DNA from: Octopus vulgaris
Taxonomy: Eukaryota
DNA: 64,000 nt
Direction of reading: 5' to 3'
NCBI GenBank assembly: GCA_951406725.2
Contig: OX597815.1
Location: 201,500,001-201,564,000, forward strand
Positions 14,047-29,299 of the stretch are shown here, one piece after another. The notes under the pieces are model-generated. The model was given only the letters and a program-made list of their open reading frames with translations. It was not told the DNA's origin and made no database searches. Within the stretch, counting starts at the first letter, position 1; every line of letters starts with the position of its first letter. The position numbers and the translations under genes were made by a program.

Positions 14047-14258
14047 ATATTATATAGAGGGCATTATTATACATAAATGCCACACGCTAGGAGGGACTTT
14101 CAATGTCATTACTACCAAAAATAAACTAATCGTACCGAATGCAGATCTCGAAGCAAGGCATTTAAAAACAGAATTCAGTTCTAGATCACGTTTGATTTCT
14201 TTGAAAGTCCCTCCCAGCGTGTGGCATTTATGTGTAATAATGCCCTCTATATAATATA
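14047..14258. mobile_element. MITE with about 57-bp terminal inverted repeats
   Basis: TATATTATATAGAGGGCATTATTATACATAAATGCCACACGCTAGGAGGGACTTTCAA and its near-perfect reverse complement at 14201-14258. Confidence 0.85.
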
Positions 14259-14377
14259 AATAAATATTTTCAAGTGAAAAAAATTTTCAGATTTTTTCTA
14301 TTATGAGGTTTCTCACGCTAACTACCTGATAATTTCTTGTTAAGATTTCTTATTCAGATTTTATCCTTAATTGTTAA

Positions 14378-14424
<47 letters not shown>

Positions 14425-15034
14425 GTGTGTGTGTGTGTGAATGTGTTTGCGCGTGCACGTCCGTGTGACAGTATCCATGTACATTTATGCTTTAAATTTT
14501 ATGATTATTTATTTGTAGCATCTTTAGAAAGCACATGAATTGGGCGATAAGTAAATTATTAAATGTATGCAATACAATATTTTAGCAGATATTTTATTTC
14601 TATCACTTCCCATCCGAAAATTACGGTACGTAATATGAAAATAGAAATGTACATAGTCAGTTCCTACGTTACAATTGAGAGAAGAGCGAAAAATAATATA
14701 AATTTAACATAACGTGGTGCTCCAGAATGACCGAAGTCAAGTCATTGAAACAAGTAAAATGATAATAATATTCTTGTTATTGCACTTGTGCATCTATAGG
14801 AACGAAACACAAACTGACAAATTCCTTACCAGTGAAGCTATTTCAATATGACGCCAAGAATAATTACTTTGCGAAGAACCATGACGCGGTATGGTTATCT
14901 TAATAAACTGTTCCCCCGACCAAGGGAAACAAAAATCCTAATCAAAATAACAGTAATTGCCGAAAATAAAATGAAAGTGTAATATTACATTTCTTCCCCT
15001 ACACATTCCTGACAACTTCACTATTTTGTACATA

Positions 15035-15450
15035 AGTGCAGGAGTGGCTGTGTGATAAGTAGCTTGTTTACCAACCACGTGGTTCCGGGTTCAGTCCCAC
15101 TGCGTGGCAACTTGGACAAGTGTCTTCTACTATGGCCTCGGGCCGACCAAAGCCTTGTGAGTGGATTTGGTAGACGGAAACTGAAAGAAGCCCGTCGTAT
15201 ATATGTATATATATATATATGTATGTGTTTGTATGTTTGTGTGTCTGTGTTTGTCCCCCTAGCATTGCTTGACAACCGATGCTGGTGTGTTTATGTCCCC
15301 GTTACTTAGCGGTTCGGCAAAAGAGACCGATAGAATAAATACTGGGCTTACAAAGAATAAGTCCCGGGGTCGACTTGCTCGATTAAAGGCGGTGCTCCGG
15401 CATGGCCGCAGTCAAAATTACTGAAACAAGTAAAAAGAGAAAAAAGAGAG
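15035..15450 (+). mobile_element. tRNA-derived SINE family A, full length, with internal (TA/TG)n
   Basis: GCAGGAGTGGCTGTGTG..GGTTCAGTCCCACTGCGTGGC..GGCGGTGCTCC..CTGAAACAAGTAAAAAGAG; close copies at 28056, 34791 and 63477. Confidence 0.93.
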
Positions 15451-15892
15451 AAAGATGATGTAATTCACGAAGATCCTGCAACCCATGGGTTTAGATCAAA
15501 TAGTCATGTATTGCATTACGAATACAACATTTTACATAGAAGAATAGGCGAGCTTGTTTCTATATTTCTCTATACTGACTTGTGTCAATGTATATGTGTC
15601 AATCGTGAATTTTTAAAGAAATTTACGGAATGATTCTTCATTTTGCTGTATCGATTTGAATTGTGAAATCGTTATGATAATGGAAACCAGTTAAAGGGAA
15701 TTTCAACTAAAATGCACAAGTACCATTCACATTTCTCTTTCGATGTGAAATGATGCTCATAGAGCCCTAAGTGCTGGTTATATATCATGCAATTTACATC
15801 GCTCTACTCAATGTTATACATGTGTGCATGTGTGTGTATAGCTGTATATATGTTTGTGTGTACGCGCGTCAGGGTGAGTATATGTTTGTTTG

Positions 15893-15934
<42 letters not shown>

Positions 15935-16303
15935 ATGTGTGTGTTTGCGTCTGTCTGTGTGTGTGTGTGTAAAGCAAGAAAAAAGGAGATTTGAATACAT
16001 TGGATATATTACAAAGAACCGTTCGTTGTGCGGCAATATCACGTTGTATAAAACTGTACAAGCGTTTGCATAATTTGTAAGTAAAATGAAATAATGATTT
16101 TTTTTTTCATAATTGCAAGAAGCAAACAATGAACTCAATTACAAAATTTGTACACTGCAATCAATATTATTCATTAAAATCAAAGCAAATTTTCTCGCAT
16201 ATAATTTACAAAGTAAATTGAATTACATATGTATATTAAATACATCTATATCTCAAAGCATATGTATATATATATATATATTAAATGCATCTATATCTCA
16301 AAG

Positions 16304-16341
<38 letters not shown>

Positions 16342-17114
16342 AGTATATGTATACTTGTATACATACACGCATATACACACACATATTCACATACACGCAT
16401 ATACACACACATATTCACACACACACATACACACACATCTATATGGTTGTATGGACATACATACACACAAAGACTCTCACACATATCTATGTATGTATAT
16501 ACCTATCTATATATACATATATACAAATAGATATATTTATGTGAGTCCATGTGTATTTGTTAGGGTGTATGCAGAAAAGTGAGATAACTACAATGAGGGA
16601 GAGAGAAGAGAGAGAGATAAAGAGGGAGAGGCAGAGAAAGATGGAGAGGTAGAAAAAGAGGGGGGGCGGACAGAGAATAAAACAAAGATTATGCAAGCGA
16701 CCTTCCATATGTCGTTATGGGTGAATCATTAAAATGTGTTTCATTGATTTGGAAAGAAAAAAATCATCTGAACTTTAAAATTTCATTAATATATCATTTA
16801 GATAGCGTACATATTGTTCATTATATATGGAATCAAAGAAAGCATAAAAAAGTAAATCAAAATTGTAAGCCCAAACATAAAACGTTGTTGCTGGCAGTAT
16901 TATCTAATGTTCAAGTCGATCTTTTGTATGTTTTATATATTACTCCGTTATCCAGATATCAATTTCAATTTATTATGAAACAAATTAAAATGTTATTTTA
17001 CTAGCTTCATATATTTTAATAGTTTCAAACCAAATATGCAGCATGATTGCAGAAACAAGAAACATAATTTTATGTATGAGAAGGTAGAATCACATATATA
17101 CATAATACACACAC

Positions 17115-17164
<50 letters not shown>

Positions 17165-17281
17165 GCGAATAGGCGGTCGCTTCTAGAAAGACTACGTGAA
17201 TACGGAATGTACGAATAAATATTAGGGTAATAATAAAAATAAGTTATATGAGCATAGATATAATATACCTATTTCTATATC

Positions 17282-17877
<596 letters not shown>

Positions 17878-18519
17878 AATGTGTGTTTGCGTGTGTGAGT
17901 TTGTCTATTCGTAATTAATGAATGCATAATAATAGTGATTTTATAAATCGAGCAGCAGATACGATAAAAAACCAGACTTGGCTAACCATTTGGATTGATA
18001 GAAAGATTTAAAATAGTTATGAATAAGCTATTACGCTATAAAGTTTTTGATTCGTAAAAAGGGATTTCACTTCAATTGATAATAAAAACGAAAATTTGTC
18101 AGTTATACTACTTTCAACTTTATTTAATAAGAAAAAAATATTTTCTTTCTTCATTTGAGATTCCTACACGTATCTCAGTTCCACAGTTGTCTTAGGTCCC
18201 TTTAATACAATTGTTTCGTGCATTTAATCCATTTATATTGAATTAGTTCCTCTCGACCTTCTAACGCAAACGTTGCCAATCCTGTACACTCATATTTAAG
18301 GTGATTTCCATGCGGGTGGGATGAAACGAATCGAAAATTACATTAGTTAATATAAGAATGCTTAGTGCTGGAATATAAAAGACTAAGACGAAAGACAGAA
18401 GAGAGGGTAGTGAGGTATTACATGTTCTAGTTTCATATCAATTTGGTTTAAGCCGTTTAGATATTGAAATAGCAGAGATTTTTACCTTCCCTTAAACTCT
18501 CTTTCAATTAAACGCACAT

Positions 18520-18710
18520 TGACTGAAATGTTGGGGAGGGGGCCAGTTGATTAGATCGACTACAGTACACAACTGGTACTTAATTGGTACCGAAAGGATG
18601 AAATGCAAAATCACCCGCCGGAATTTGAACTCAGAACGTACAGACGAACTAAATTCCGCTAAGCATTTTCCCCGCCCGGCGTGTTAACGATTCTGCCAGC
18701 TCGCCGTCTT
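18520..18710 (-). mobile_element. tRNA-derived SINE family B
   Basis: Minus strand reads GGCGAGCTGGCAGAATCGTTAACACGCCGGGC..TTCTGAGTTCAAATTCCGG. Confidence 0.8.
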
Positions 18711-19089
18711 ACTTTTTCGTTAATATTAATGTTTCTTAAATAGGTCTGGTTTTATTAACATCACGAGCTCCTTATATTGAAGATAATTTAAATGGGCAGG
18801 TTTAAAAAAAAAAGATGGAAGATGAAGCCATAATTTTTTGTTACTGGATTTCTTGACTTAAACGTAACAAGAGATTATTATAATAGTAAAATATGAATTG
18901 AACTGAATAAAATAAATTTCTAGTAGAATTATGTTTCTTGATCGATAAAGCAATAAATGTAGAAAAGATATTATAGTTAAACAATTCTGTTGAATATTCT
19001 CTCTATCTATGTATTTAGACAAACCTAGATACATGAATATGTTCTCTATCATTTTCTTTCTTTTCACAATTATTTCATGAACTAACGCA

Positions 19090-21095
19090 GAGGTTCAGTA
19101 CTATGGCGTCATTACGAAGGAAATATTTGAATTCCCCAGCCACCTTTTGTTATATATGTGGGTGTTTTACAGCTCCAAGCCAAAGAATGAACATTAGTGG
19201 CTTGGTGAAAAGATCCTACTTTGCTTATATTAAGATTAAAGCTGGTGATCAGGACAAAATGTGGGCCCTGCACAATGTTTGTAAACTCTGTATCGAAAAT
19301 CTACACTAATGGACAAAGGGTCAAGGAAACAACTAATATTTGGCATTCCTATGGTATACCCAGATAACGATGTAAACGATTGCTAATTTTTGTCTCACAG
19401 AGACGTCTTGTTATAGCAAGCGACTGCGACAGAAATTAAGTTACCCATGTCTGGATTCATCAATTCGGTCAGTGCTTCATTCAAATGAAATACCAGTACA
19501 CGTTTTCAAGGATTTACCCTCACTGCAAGATAAAAGTGGTATATGCGAAGCAGATGTAAATCATGAACATGAGAGTGATAGATACTTTGTAGAGACATTG
19601 ACCATAGAACGCGTTAATTTGAACCGGGCAAAAGTGAATGATTTAGTTTACAGACCCAGGACTATCAAAAGAGTTACCAGAAATGTTAACGAGAAGAATT
19701 TGTAGAAAAAAAGGCAAATGTTATATTTGGGGAAACATAGAAAAATATTTCTTGGGATTCTTTACTACTAGAAAAGATTCTGTTTACTGTTGTTTGTCTT
19801 GAACAGTATTATCCTTGTGAACGGAGACTTTTTTTTAGATAGTTCAAAGAAGAGTCTGATATGTGTATTACTCCATAATGGAAACTTGTTTGGGATGCTT
19901 CTATTGGTCACACTGTGCACTTGAATGAGAATTATGATCTCACAAAAGTTATATTACATTTACTCAATTATGATTAACACAAATCGGTCATAATCGTGGA
20001 TCTAAAAATGATCAATGTTTACTTGTCCAACAAGGAGGTCATATTAAATATGCATGATTCCTGGCTTTATTGGATAACCGAGGGAGAGACAAACATTGGG
20101 AACAGTTGCTCTTGCCAATTAGAAATGGTTTGAGGGTTTGTGAAAAGAATATCATACACCAGCCAAATATTGAGTGAGAGAAATTAATATTCATACCCCT
20201 CCATATTAAACGAGAATTAAAGAAGCAATTTGCGAAAGCTCTTAATTTGGAGAGTAACTGTTTCAAATTCATATTTACAAGATTTCCTGGCCTTAGTTAT
20301 GATAAAATAACGGTTGGTGTTTTGTTGGGCCACAAATCAGAAAGTTAATGAAATGCCAGAATTTCTCGAGCTCAGTGACTGACATAGAAAAAAGAGCATG
20401 GTATTCATTTGTGACTGTTGTAAAAGGATTTTTAGGGACTGAGAAGTCTGCTAAGTGAAAAGCCTCTTTAGAGGAAATACTTGATATCTTTCACCATTAT
20501 GGCTGCCACATGAGCATAGAACTTCACTCCCTCAATAGGCATCTCAATGTGTTCAATGCTATCTCGGAGACCTCAACGATGGGCATGCTGAGCGTTTTCA
20601 TCAAGCTATCAAGATAAAGGAGGATAGATGTCAAGGCCTATGCAACACACACATGATAGCATACCAAAGTTATGTATTCAAAGAGACTGGGTATATATGA
20701 AACACTTCAGACGCTCTGGCAGTCGGGAATTTTTAGCGGGATTATGAAAGTTATGTGTATGATGGTTTACGTTTTATCCATCATATCAGAGAATTATTTA
20801 TGTATGTATTTAGTAAAGGGCGATTATGTTATGTATGTATTTAGTAAAAAAGTGATGCTATCTTATATTTCATTTATCGTTTCATATTCTATTGGCATTA
20901 TAGCTTATGATTTGAAGCTATAAGACTCAGTAAACTGTCCTGACCAAGTAGATTATTTATACAGTTCATCATAAAACAGGGATATGCAATAGAATGAAAA
21001 CTTGATACGTTGGGACAAATTGATGCCATATTTGAAACTAGTATCTCATGATTAAAAACGCCCACAAAAGTTACCAAAAGGTATGTTGACCACTG
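19090..21095 (+). mobile_element. Chapaev3 (CMC superfamily) DNA transposon, near-complete decayed transposase
   Basis: RRKYLNSPATFCYICG..GDQDKMWALHNVCKLC; FLDSSKKSLICVLLHNGN; PLHIKRELKKQFAKAL; DGHAERFHQAIK; right end TATGTTGACCACTG. Left boundary uncertain. Confidence 0.8.
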
Positions 21096-21237
21096 TTATC
21101 ATAGTTATTTATATTTGTGCTATTAATTGCTTGTAGTTGGCTCATAGTATCGAACACACTAAATTTCTAAGCAAATTGAGCGCTAGAGCAGAATTTCATG
21201 AAATACATTTTAACATGTATAACACACCGTTATTCGC

Positions 21238-21313
<76 letters not shown>

Positions 21314-22093
21314 ATGTGTGTGTAGAGAGAGACAGATATAGACAGATAGATAGATAGACAGAGAGAGAGAGAGAGATAGTGGCAGGCATGTTGCTTTGAC
21401 AGCGGCAATTCATTCAGAACCCAATGATTTAGGGTTCGATTCCACTGCGTGGAAATCTGGTGGACTGGCTTCTAAAATAATCCCTGATTGACCAGTGGCT
21501 CGAGAGTGAAGTATGTCCTATATGTATGCGTGTGCCTAGATGTACATGAATGTGTGTGAATATTTGAGTTGCAAGTACGTCTTTATTTTGTTGCCTTTGT
21601 CAAATTTTTTTCTCGCCTAAGTTTTCTCTTCGAAAAATATGGTCTGGAACAACAAAATGCGGTTGCTCCTTTTCAGTATTAGATGATAGTTCCATATATT
21701 TCTAGAAAGCCGATAACGTACATGAGAGATACAATTCAAATCTAGCACGCATTCTTACGAAAATGCTACGAAATGCTGCGATAAGATCGAAGAAATGAGA
21801 GAAGAAAAAAACTTATCAATATACAGTATCTTGAGGAAAAATACATTACCATGTATACAAACGTGAAATCATATCAGACAGAAACACGTATAATGCTGAA
21901 ATTGTGAAGTTATGTATGTGTGTACACGTGTGTGAAGGAGGCCATGTATCTCAATGAATTACATCGTATACCCTTACAAACACACACACAAATACACGCA
22001 TATATATATATATATATATATATATGTAAATACATATACGTGCATTTATATAAATATAAATACATGCATATCCATAGGTGTGTATGTGCGTGC

Positions 22094-22132
<39 letters not shown>

Positions 22133-23589
22133 GTTATTTATATTATCTATCCATCTTATCTCACTGTCCCTCTCTCTCTCTCTCTTTCTGTTCATCTATC
22201 TATCCGATTACGTATACGTATATAAAAGTTCCATTTAACTCCATACGTGCAGTCATGAGCATCGCTGAAATGGATTCTTTCAAATGATTTCTCCTGCTGT
22301 TATACGCCCGTTCTAAAACCTAGAACGTACTTGGCTCCTTTTTGTTCTTGTGTTGCAAACAAGAAAACACTGTTTCGTTAACAACAAAGAATCACCCAAA
22401 ACAGATTATATAAAAAAAAAAAATATTTCTTCCGCAAAGGATTTTAGCAATACGTGCATTGTTGAAATCGATAACAAAACCGTATTAGCGACCGAAAAAG
22501 TACTCAATCTTTGAGCTATTGTAGATGTTTTAAATATACAACTTGTTTCACTTTGTCTCTGAAGTCTAATCCAATTATGCTATGAAAAAGCCCGAGAATA
22601 TTCCTCGATTGTATATTAAAAGTTTCAAGAAAACTGGAAAACATCTCAAGGCACTTCATAGTAAACAGTTGTGGCAGCAGACATTTTTCAATAGAGGGAA
22701 AATAATGATTGGAAATCGTATACCAAATGTGCCACAATGAAATGCAGAAATGAAAGTACTTGTGGCCACCAGTTCCATCATTACACACACCAATTAATTC
22801 GGTGTTCATGTATGAGTACCCAATAGAAAATATTGTAGTATACATAAATCTGATTTTTAAAACTATAATGTGCAAGCATATATCCAGTTTCTTGAAGTTA
22901 TTGTTAAGTAATGGATTATTTTGACGAGACTTTGTGAAAGATCTACGGGTCTGATAGTAAATTATATTGACGGTATAACTGTCGTTTATACAAACCACGT
23001 CACGTTAAGTATTGGAACATCAATATCTACCTTATTTGCTGCTGTTATTCTGCTCAAACCCATTCGGTGTAAGAGCAATCGAGATATTTGCTGAGTACAC
23101 ATTAATGAAAAATATCATTGTAAGAAATGCAACAGGGTAATGTTATTAAAGGCATTCATCATGAATCTACGTCGTAATATGGAGCATTTAAATACAGTTA
23201 TAAAGTGTAAGGTGCATAAGTTCACAGCATAAGTGCAACAAATCCAGTGACAATTATAAAGAGATTCTACACTAAAATCTTAATGAGAAATTAATAAGTT
23301 CTAAATATGAAAGGAAGACCTTAGTTCACAGGGAAAATATTGTAATGAATGGTTCTCTTCCCTTCGTTTTCATTGACGATCCGGTTTGATGCAAGACTTT
23401 AATCGGAATACATGGCTTGATGAAATACGTTACCAACAACGTACCAAAGCCAAACGTAAGCTTGCACGATTAGTGATGCAACTTTATTTAACGCTATAGG
23501 ATAGATGCATAACAGGAAAGCAGAGTAAGCTATTTATTTCATGGTTGGATACTATTTCTATAATTTCAAAGCGGAATGGTCGATCAGAA

Positions 23590-24680
23590 TCACATAGAGA
23601 ACGAACTATATGTCTATAGACGGGTAGAGTGAAATCACATCCATACTAACCACTACACAACCTGTGAGGCCGTTACAGTGGCTGCAATTACTGATTTTAC
23701 TCGGGAGATCTCCCGTGCTCACACAGACATCTGGAGACATCTCTATGACAATTGGACAGTCTATAGTTGCAGAACGAATATCTCCAGAAACTATGGACTG
23801 TCTTTCTTCCTCTCATAGGTGTTACGACCTCTCATGGAGATTCTCCAGATATCTGTGTGAGCACGGAACATCTCCTCTGTAAAATCACTACTTGCAACCA
23901 CGCCAACGATCTTACAGGTTGTGTAGTGGATAGTATTGATCTGTTTGCATTCTCCCCATCTATAGATATAGATTTTGCTGTGGAGAAATGCATTGAGCTA
24001 ATCTGTGAGAGTGTAGCAGAGTTCTGTAAGGTTAACACAAGGGAACTGTGACTCCTTCTTAGGCTAAGCGACGATAGCGACTATTTAAATGACCATGACC
24101 ACAGTAGATTCTGCCCCACCAGGTCACAGAAGGAAAATCACCCACTATCACGTCAGCATGACGAAAAGCACCTCAGATCGCTGGAGAGGGTGGAAATATT
24201 GATTAAAGAAATGATTGCACATGCAATAGGGGTCAGTGTAACAACTACCTTGAAGAACCACGTAGTAAAGTTTAACAAAACGCTATACATGCTGGTTCAA
24301 GGTGCAACCATTGGTGTCGGAGTAGTTGGAGATGTGTCTGGCCTCTTCATGGCCTGGTGGGGTAGAAAACCTAAGCAGAACCGTCCACGACTCTCTACTC
24401 TACAGTAGGTATGCAGATGACCTTAATATCATAGTTAAGACCAACTGTAGTAACAGTATTGTAGGAAATGAGAGGAACGTAATGGAGAGCATCCGGCAAG
24501 TAGCGAACTCTATACACCAAAGTATAAAGTTAACTATAGATTACCCCACTAGGCACCCCAACAATAGACTCCCCGTCCTTGATACTGAACTTTGGTTAGA
24601 GACTGTGAACAATGGAGTGTAGAATCTCCAATCCTATTACATGAAACCCAATGATAGTAAATATATATTGAAAGTATAGT
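23590..24680 (+). mobile_element. Penelope-like element RT fragment with inverted 5' duplicate
   Basis: GCVVDSIDLFAFSPSID, NHVVKFN..QGATIGVGVVGDVSGLFMAWW, YSRYADDLNI, SIKLTIDYPTRHPNNRLPVLD, YYMKP. The inverted copy at 23590-23750 reads SMDVISLYPSID. Confidence 0.85.
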
Positions 24681-24731
24681 AAAAAAAATGCTAATTGCAG
24701 TGCGTCGGATAAGTGGATTCCTGTTGCTTAC

Positions 24732-25328
24732 CCCTTCGTTGCTCGGCGAGGTTGTAATTATTCAAAAGGCCATTGGGATCCGGAGCGAGCCCCTTTTATT
24801 TTTGTGAATTTTAGCGCTATCCATAAAGAAAAATTCCTTTGATGTGTGCATGATACAGAACAAGGAATATAGCACTTTATAGGTATACATTTATACCCAT
24901 TATCATTTAATGAGGTGGGGATTAAAATATAATTTATTGACTGGAAAGACCTGTATTGAAAGAAATCAGCAATTTTTATAGCTTTATGCACTATACATAT
25001 AGGCCTAAATATGAAATAAAGCAAAACTATTTAGTATATCGATTCCTACCAGTACAAATACGAACAATTTTGACTTATAGCTCACCAGAATATCTGAAAA
25101 AAGAACAGAAAAAACAAATTTCACAGAAAGCCAATGGGGTCCAGTTAGACCTCATTGAATATATTGTATGTTATCATGGAAATTTTTAACTCAAAATTTG
25201 TATGTACATACATTAGCGATTGGGAATTAAAGTCATGACATATAAAATCATTTAAATAAAAAAATGTAAAATTTGCATAACTTTAAAATTTGCTGGGTTC
25301 CCATGGGATCCCGCCCGCCTACGCAGGG
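24732..25328. mobile_element. Possible piggyBac-type non-autonomous element
   Basis: Right end ..CCTACGCAGGG|TTAA; the left end TTAC|CCCTTCG is degenerate. Confidence 0.4.
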
Positions 25329-25499
25329 TTAAAGAGAAACATGGTATTGCAGTTCGCGTATATCGAGTAGCAATTTAAGGGATAGGTGTAATATATCAAC
25401 ATATATCATTTCTATCAATGTCGTGGGAAATAAAACTCAATGAAATTGTTTAACAGCAAATCGACTGGTATAACAACAACCAATTTTTTCTTGAAACAA

Positions 25500-26400
25500 A
25501 TCATATTACATAAAAAAGTGGGAAGTTACTTTGCATAATGTTGTCGCTGATGCATTATACACGCAAAAAAATTTACAGGATGGTCATAGCTTCTATCACA
25601 TCTGATGGGAGTTTCTTCTCCATCTGAGTTGCTCTGCGGTGAAACAAGACCAAGGAATATGAGTGTCGACTATATGCACCAGTGTATAATTTTGTTAGTT
25701 GCAATTGTAGTTTAAAGTACTGCATTCACATTTTCCATGTGAAGACATATTAGCATTGATGTTGCTTATTTTCCATGAGGTTATATGGAATACAACACTC
25801 TAAAGCTACAAATATCTTCAATAAGGCCTGATATCATTAATGAGATTTCGTCGACACGAGTTAAAGTAATTACGTTAAGAGTTATTTGCATTCACGATGT
25901 TTCTCCTTATGTAGAAATAGTATTGCTGAAAAACGTAGTGCAAATAATTGCATTAAAAGATATTTCACTTAAATAAAGACAATTGCTGAATATTTAGTAT
26001 TTTACAAGTATATGAGTAAGTGTCAGGAACTATCTATAGTAATAAAACATAATTTAGCCAAGCAAGAGCCGAGTAGCGGATAAAGTCGTCACTATATCAC
26101 TTTGTTCAGAAATGGTTCGGCTGTCTTCAACTTTGATTTCAAAGCGTTTTGCCAGTATAGCTGCTATATAAATATAATATCTGCGAATTTACGACCATCG
26201 TCCGCCATTTTATTATTTCTCAACCTTTGCTAGTAAAATATTTGCTTTCAATTCTTTTACCCGCTTTCAGTGCATTTTCGAGAATAAATATTTTATTGCG
26301 TGTTATATTGTATTAGGAAGGCAAGAAGCTATTTGCATACTAGGTTTATAGCATAGTAGATAGTAATAAAAGCTTAACATTTTGTATGCTGAATAAAAAC
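25500..26400 (-). mobile_element. Ancient hAT (Charlie-like) transposase fossil
   Basis: Ordered minus-strand relics across frameshifts: AI(K)PS, RTISEQ..TLSATRLLLG, GETS..NANNS, HIVDTH..FHRRATQMEKKLPSDVIEAM, comparable to hAT MKPSKL, HTIGE, DETTD and THC.IHR..LA.KKLP. Confidence 0.45.
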
Positions 26401-27401
26401 ATTATGAGCTAAATCCGGTTAGTTCATGTTAGGGAAAGTTGTACCATGCTCCTAAAGTCTGATTTAAAATCCTTCCCTTTCCTTCATGAGCTAACATTTT
26501 GCGTTTTATGAACCTCACACTTGCTTCATGTTCCACTAGCTAAGAACCATACCAGCATTAGTGTGATAATGATATTTAACTACCGTTCCCGTGGATATAG
26601 TAAAATACTGACTATCCGATACGCAAGCACATGAAATAAACCGAGAAACATATTCATTGCAGCAAAATAATTTTAGATATCAGACGTACATAGAGGCTAA
26701 ATGGCTGATTGAACGATCAATTAGATTAACTTTTTTATTTCTTTGTGACTTGGTATTTACTAAAGGCGTTTTTATTATGTCTCTTTACATAATATTTGAC
26801 AATAAATTCGTCGGATTTTGAATTCGTGAGAAATATTCCTGCTATGAATAATAATGCAGAAGAAAAACTCAAATCTTGAGGGTGACATAACACCTGTCCA
26901 TTTAAAATTATGGATTGTGGAAGTAAGCTTCAACATTCAAAATGATGCTGTAATTTGTTGAAGAGTTTTATACTACTGAATTTCAATGACAAAAGACAAA
27001 CATAAATTATATTTGGCTCTCAGCCATTTCAGCGATAAATGATATCAGAAAACTTGTAATTCATCCGTTTAATAGAAGCAATGTGTACGCGAAAGGACGA
27101 ATATCTCACAGCATTATGCATTAACTACGACAAACGAGATATATTTCTATCGCTGCGTCGCTCAGTAATGAAAATCTGATTCAAATTGAATTCATTGGTG
27201 TAAACACGACCACATAATCTTACTGGTGAATAAGATTAATTCTAACGTCTGAAATATGATCAGAATATGTTGAGGAGTTATAGAAGTATTTGTTATCTCT
27301 GTTCAGTAGTACGCTTTCAAACTCTAAACGAATTATAATCATTTCCTGATATGAAATATTAGCAATAGAATTACCAAGAAAGTTATATCTGAAAAGGGTA
27401 C

Positions 27402-27414
27402 AATAATAATAATA

Positions 27415-27485
<71 letters not shown>

Positions 27486-27585
27486 TATAATAATAATAAT
27501 AATAACAATAATAATAATAATGATGATGATGATGATAATAAAAATAAAAATAATAATAATAATAATGATGATGATGATGATGAAG

Positions 27586-27655
<70 letters not shown>

Positions 27656-27690
27656 TGATGATGATGATGATGATAATAATAATAATAATA

Positions 27691-27726
<36 letters not shown>

Positions 27727-27912
27727 CTGATGATGATACTGCTGTTGCTGATGATGATGATAATTAATAATAATGATGATGATGATGTTGTGGTGGTGGT
27801 GGTGGTGGTCGCAGTGATAGTGATAGTGGTTGTGGTGATGGTTGTAGTGGTGGTGGTGGTAGTGGTGGTGGTTGTAGTGGTGGTGGTGGTGGTGATTATA
27901 GTCGTCGTCGTG
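27402..27912. repeat. Compound (AAT)n/(GAT)n/(GGT)n microsatellite
   Basis: Direct observation. Confidence 0.98.
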
Positions 27913-28055
27913 GTTTCAAATTTTTGCAACAATTTTGCAACAGGGATCTAATTTGGGGGAGATATCAGTGATCAACTGGTATTTGTTTTATGACACCAAA
28001 GAATGAAAGGTAAAGTCGACTGCAGTCGAATAGTAATAATAATGATAATAATAAT

Positions 28056-28461
28056 ACTCTTTTACTTGTTTCAGTCATTTTTTACTGTGGCCATGCTGGA
28101 GCACCGCCTTTAGTCGAGCAAATCGACCCCGGGACTTATTCTTTGTAAGCCCAGTGCTTATTCTATCGGTCCCTTTTGCCGAACCGCTAAGTGACGGGGA
28201 CGTAAACACACCAGCATCGGTTGTCAAACAATGCTAGGGAGACAAACACAGACACACAAACAAACACACATATACATATATATATATATACATATATACG
28301 ACAGGCTTCTTTCAGTTTCCGTCTACCAAATCCACTCACAAGGCATTGGTCGGCTTGGAGCTATAGCAAAAGACACTTGCCCAAGATGCCACGCAGTGGG
28401 ACTGAACCCGGAACCATGTGGTTGGTTAGCAAGCTACTTACCACACAGCCACTCCTGCGCC
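28056..28461 (-). mobile_element. tRNA-derived SINE family A
   Basis: Reverse complement of the 34791 copy; inserted within (TAA)n. Confidence 0.95.
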
Positions 28462-28539
28462 TAATAATAATAATTATTAATAATTATAATAATAATAATA
28501 ATAATAATTATATTAACGATAATAATAATAATAATTAAT

Positions 28540-29290
28540 AAAATGACTGCAAGTGGAAAAATGTTTTGTTATTGCAGCACAACATCTTTAAACATGAATC
28601 TGCCCCCTCGTGCAGAATTTGCGGATAATTCGGAGATAATGATCATGTTGCTTCTGGCTTCCCAGTGCTCACTGAAACGGAGTACTGATTAACACATAAC
28701 AGACTTGAGCAGTGCATCCACTGAAATACTTGTAAATACTACAAAATTAAATCCATTGATAAGTGGTACAGAAACCATCGAGAGGATGTACTACTGGTGA
28801 GGGTGTCACCATTATTTGCTACTTTCCAAGAGAAATTGATTCTAATCGACCAGACATTGTGATCAAGGACTGCAACAGAGGAACTTTTCGGTTAATAGAT
28901 ATGTCTGTGTCATAAGGTCAATATTTCTGAAGAAAGGGATACGAAAAGCTTTCTCACTATAAAGATCTGCAAATTGAACTCATAAAAATATGGAAGTTTA
29001 GTACTACGATCATACCAGTAGTGATTGGTGTGTTGGGAATGATAAAGAAGGCAGCTGAGGAGTATATTAGGCAACTCCCTGGTAACTCCAATCTCCGTGA
29101 ACTACAAAAGATAATCTTGATGGATACAGTCCATAAACTACGGAAGACACTCTCCCTATAAAATGGAATAAATGTGGTGATAACTTTTGCATGCATAGCA
29201 AAACAAATGTGCCCTTGTTACACGTTGCCTCCGGATGATGCCCGTTACAAAGGTAGCCGAAATAAAATTATAAGGAAAGGAAACCATAAA
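28540..29290 (+). mobile_element. R4/Dong LINE 3' fragment (zinc knuckle plus RLE endonuclease)
   Basis: CRICG..DHVASG; NRPDIVIKD; YKDLQIELIKIWKFSTTIIPVVIGVLGMI..LQKIILMDTVHKLRKTL*; flanked by TAA repeats. Confidence 0.88.
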
Positions 29291-29299
29291 TAATAATGC

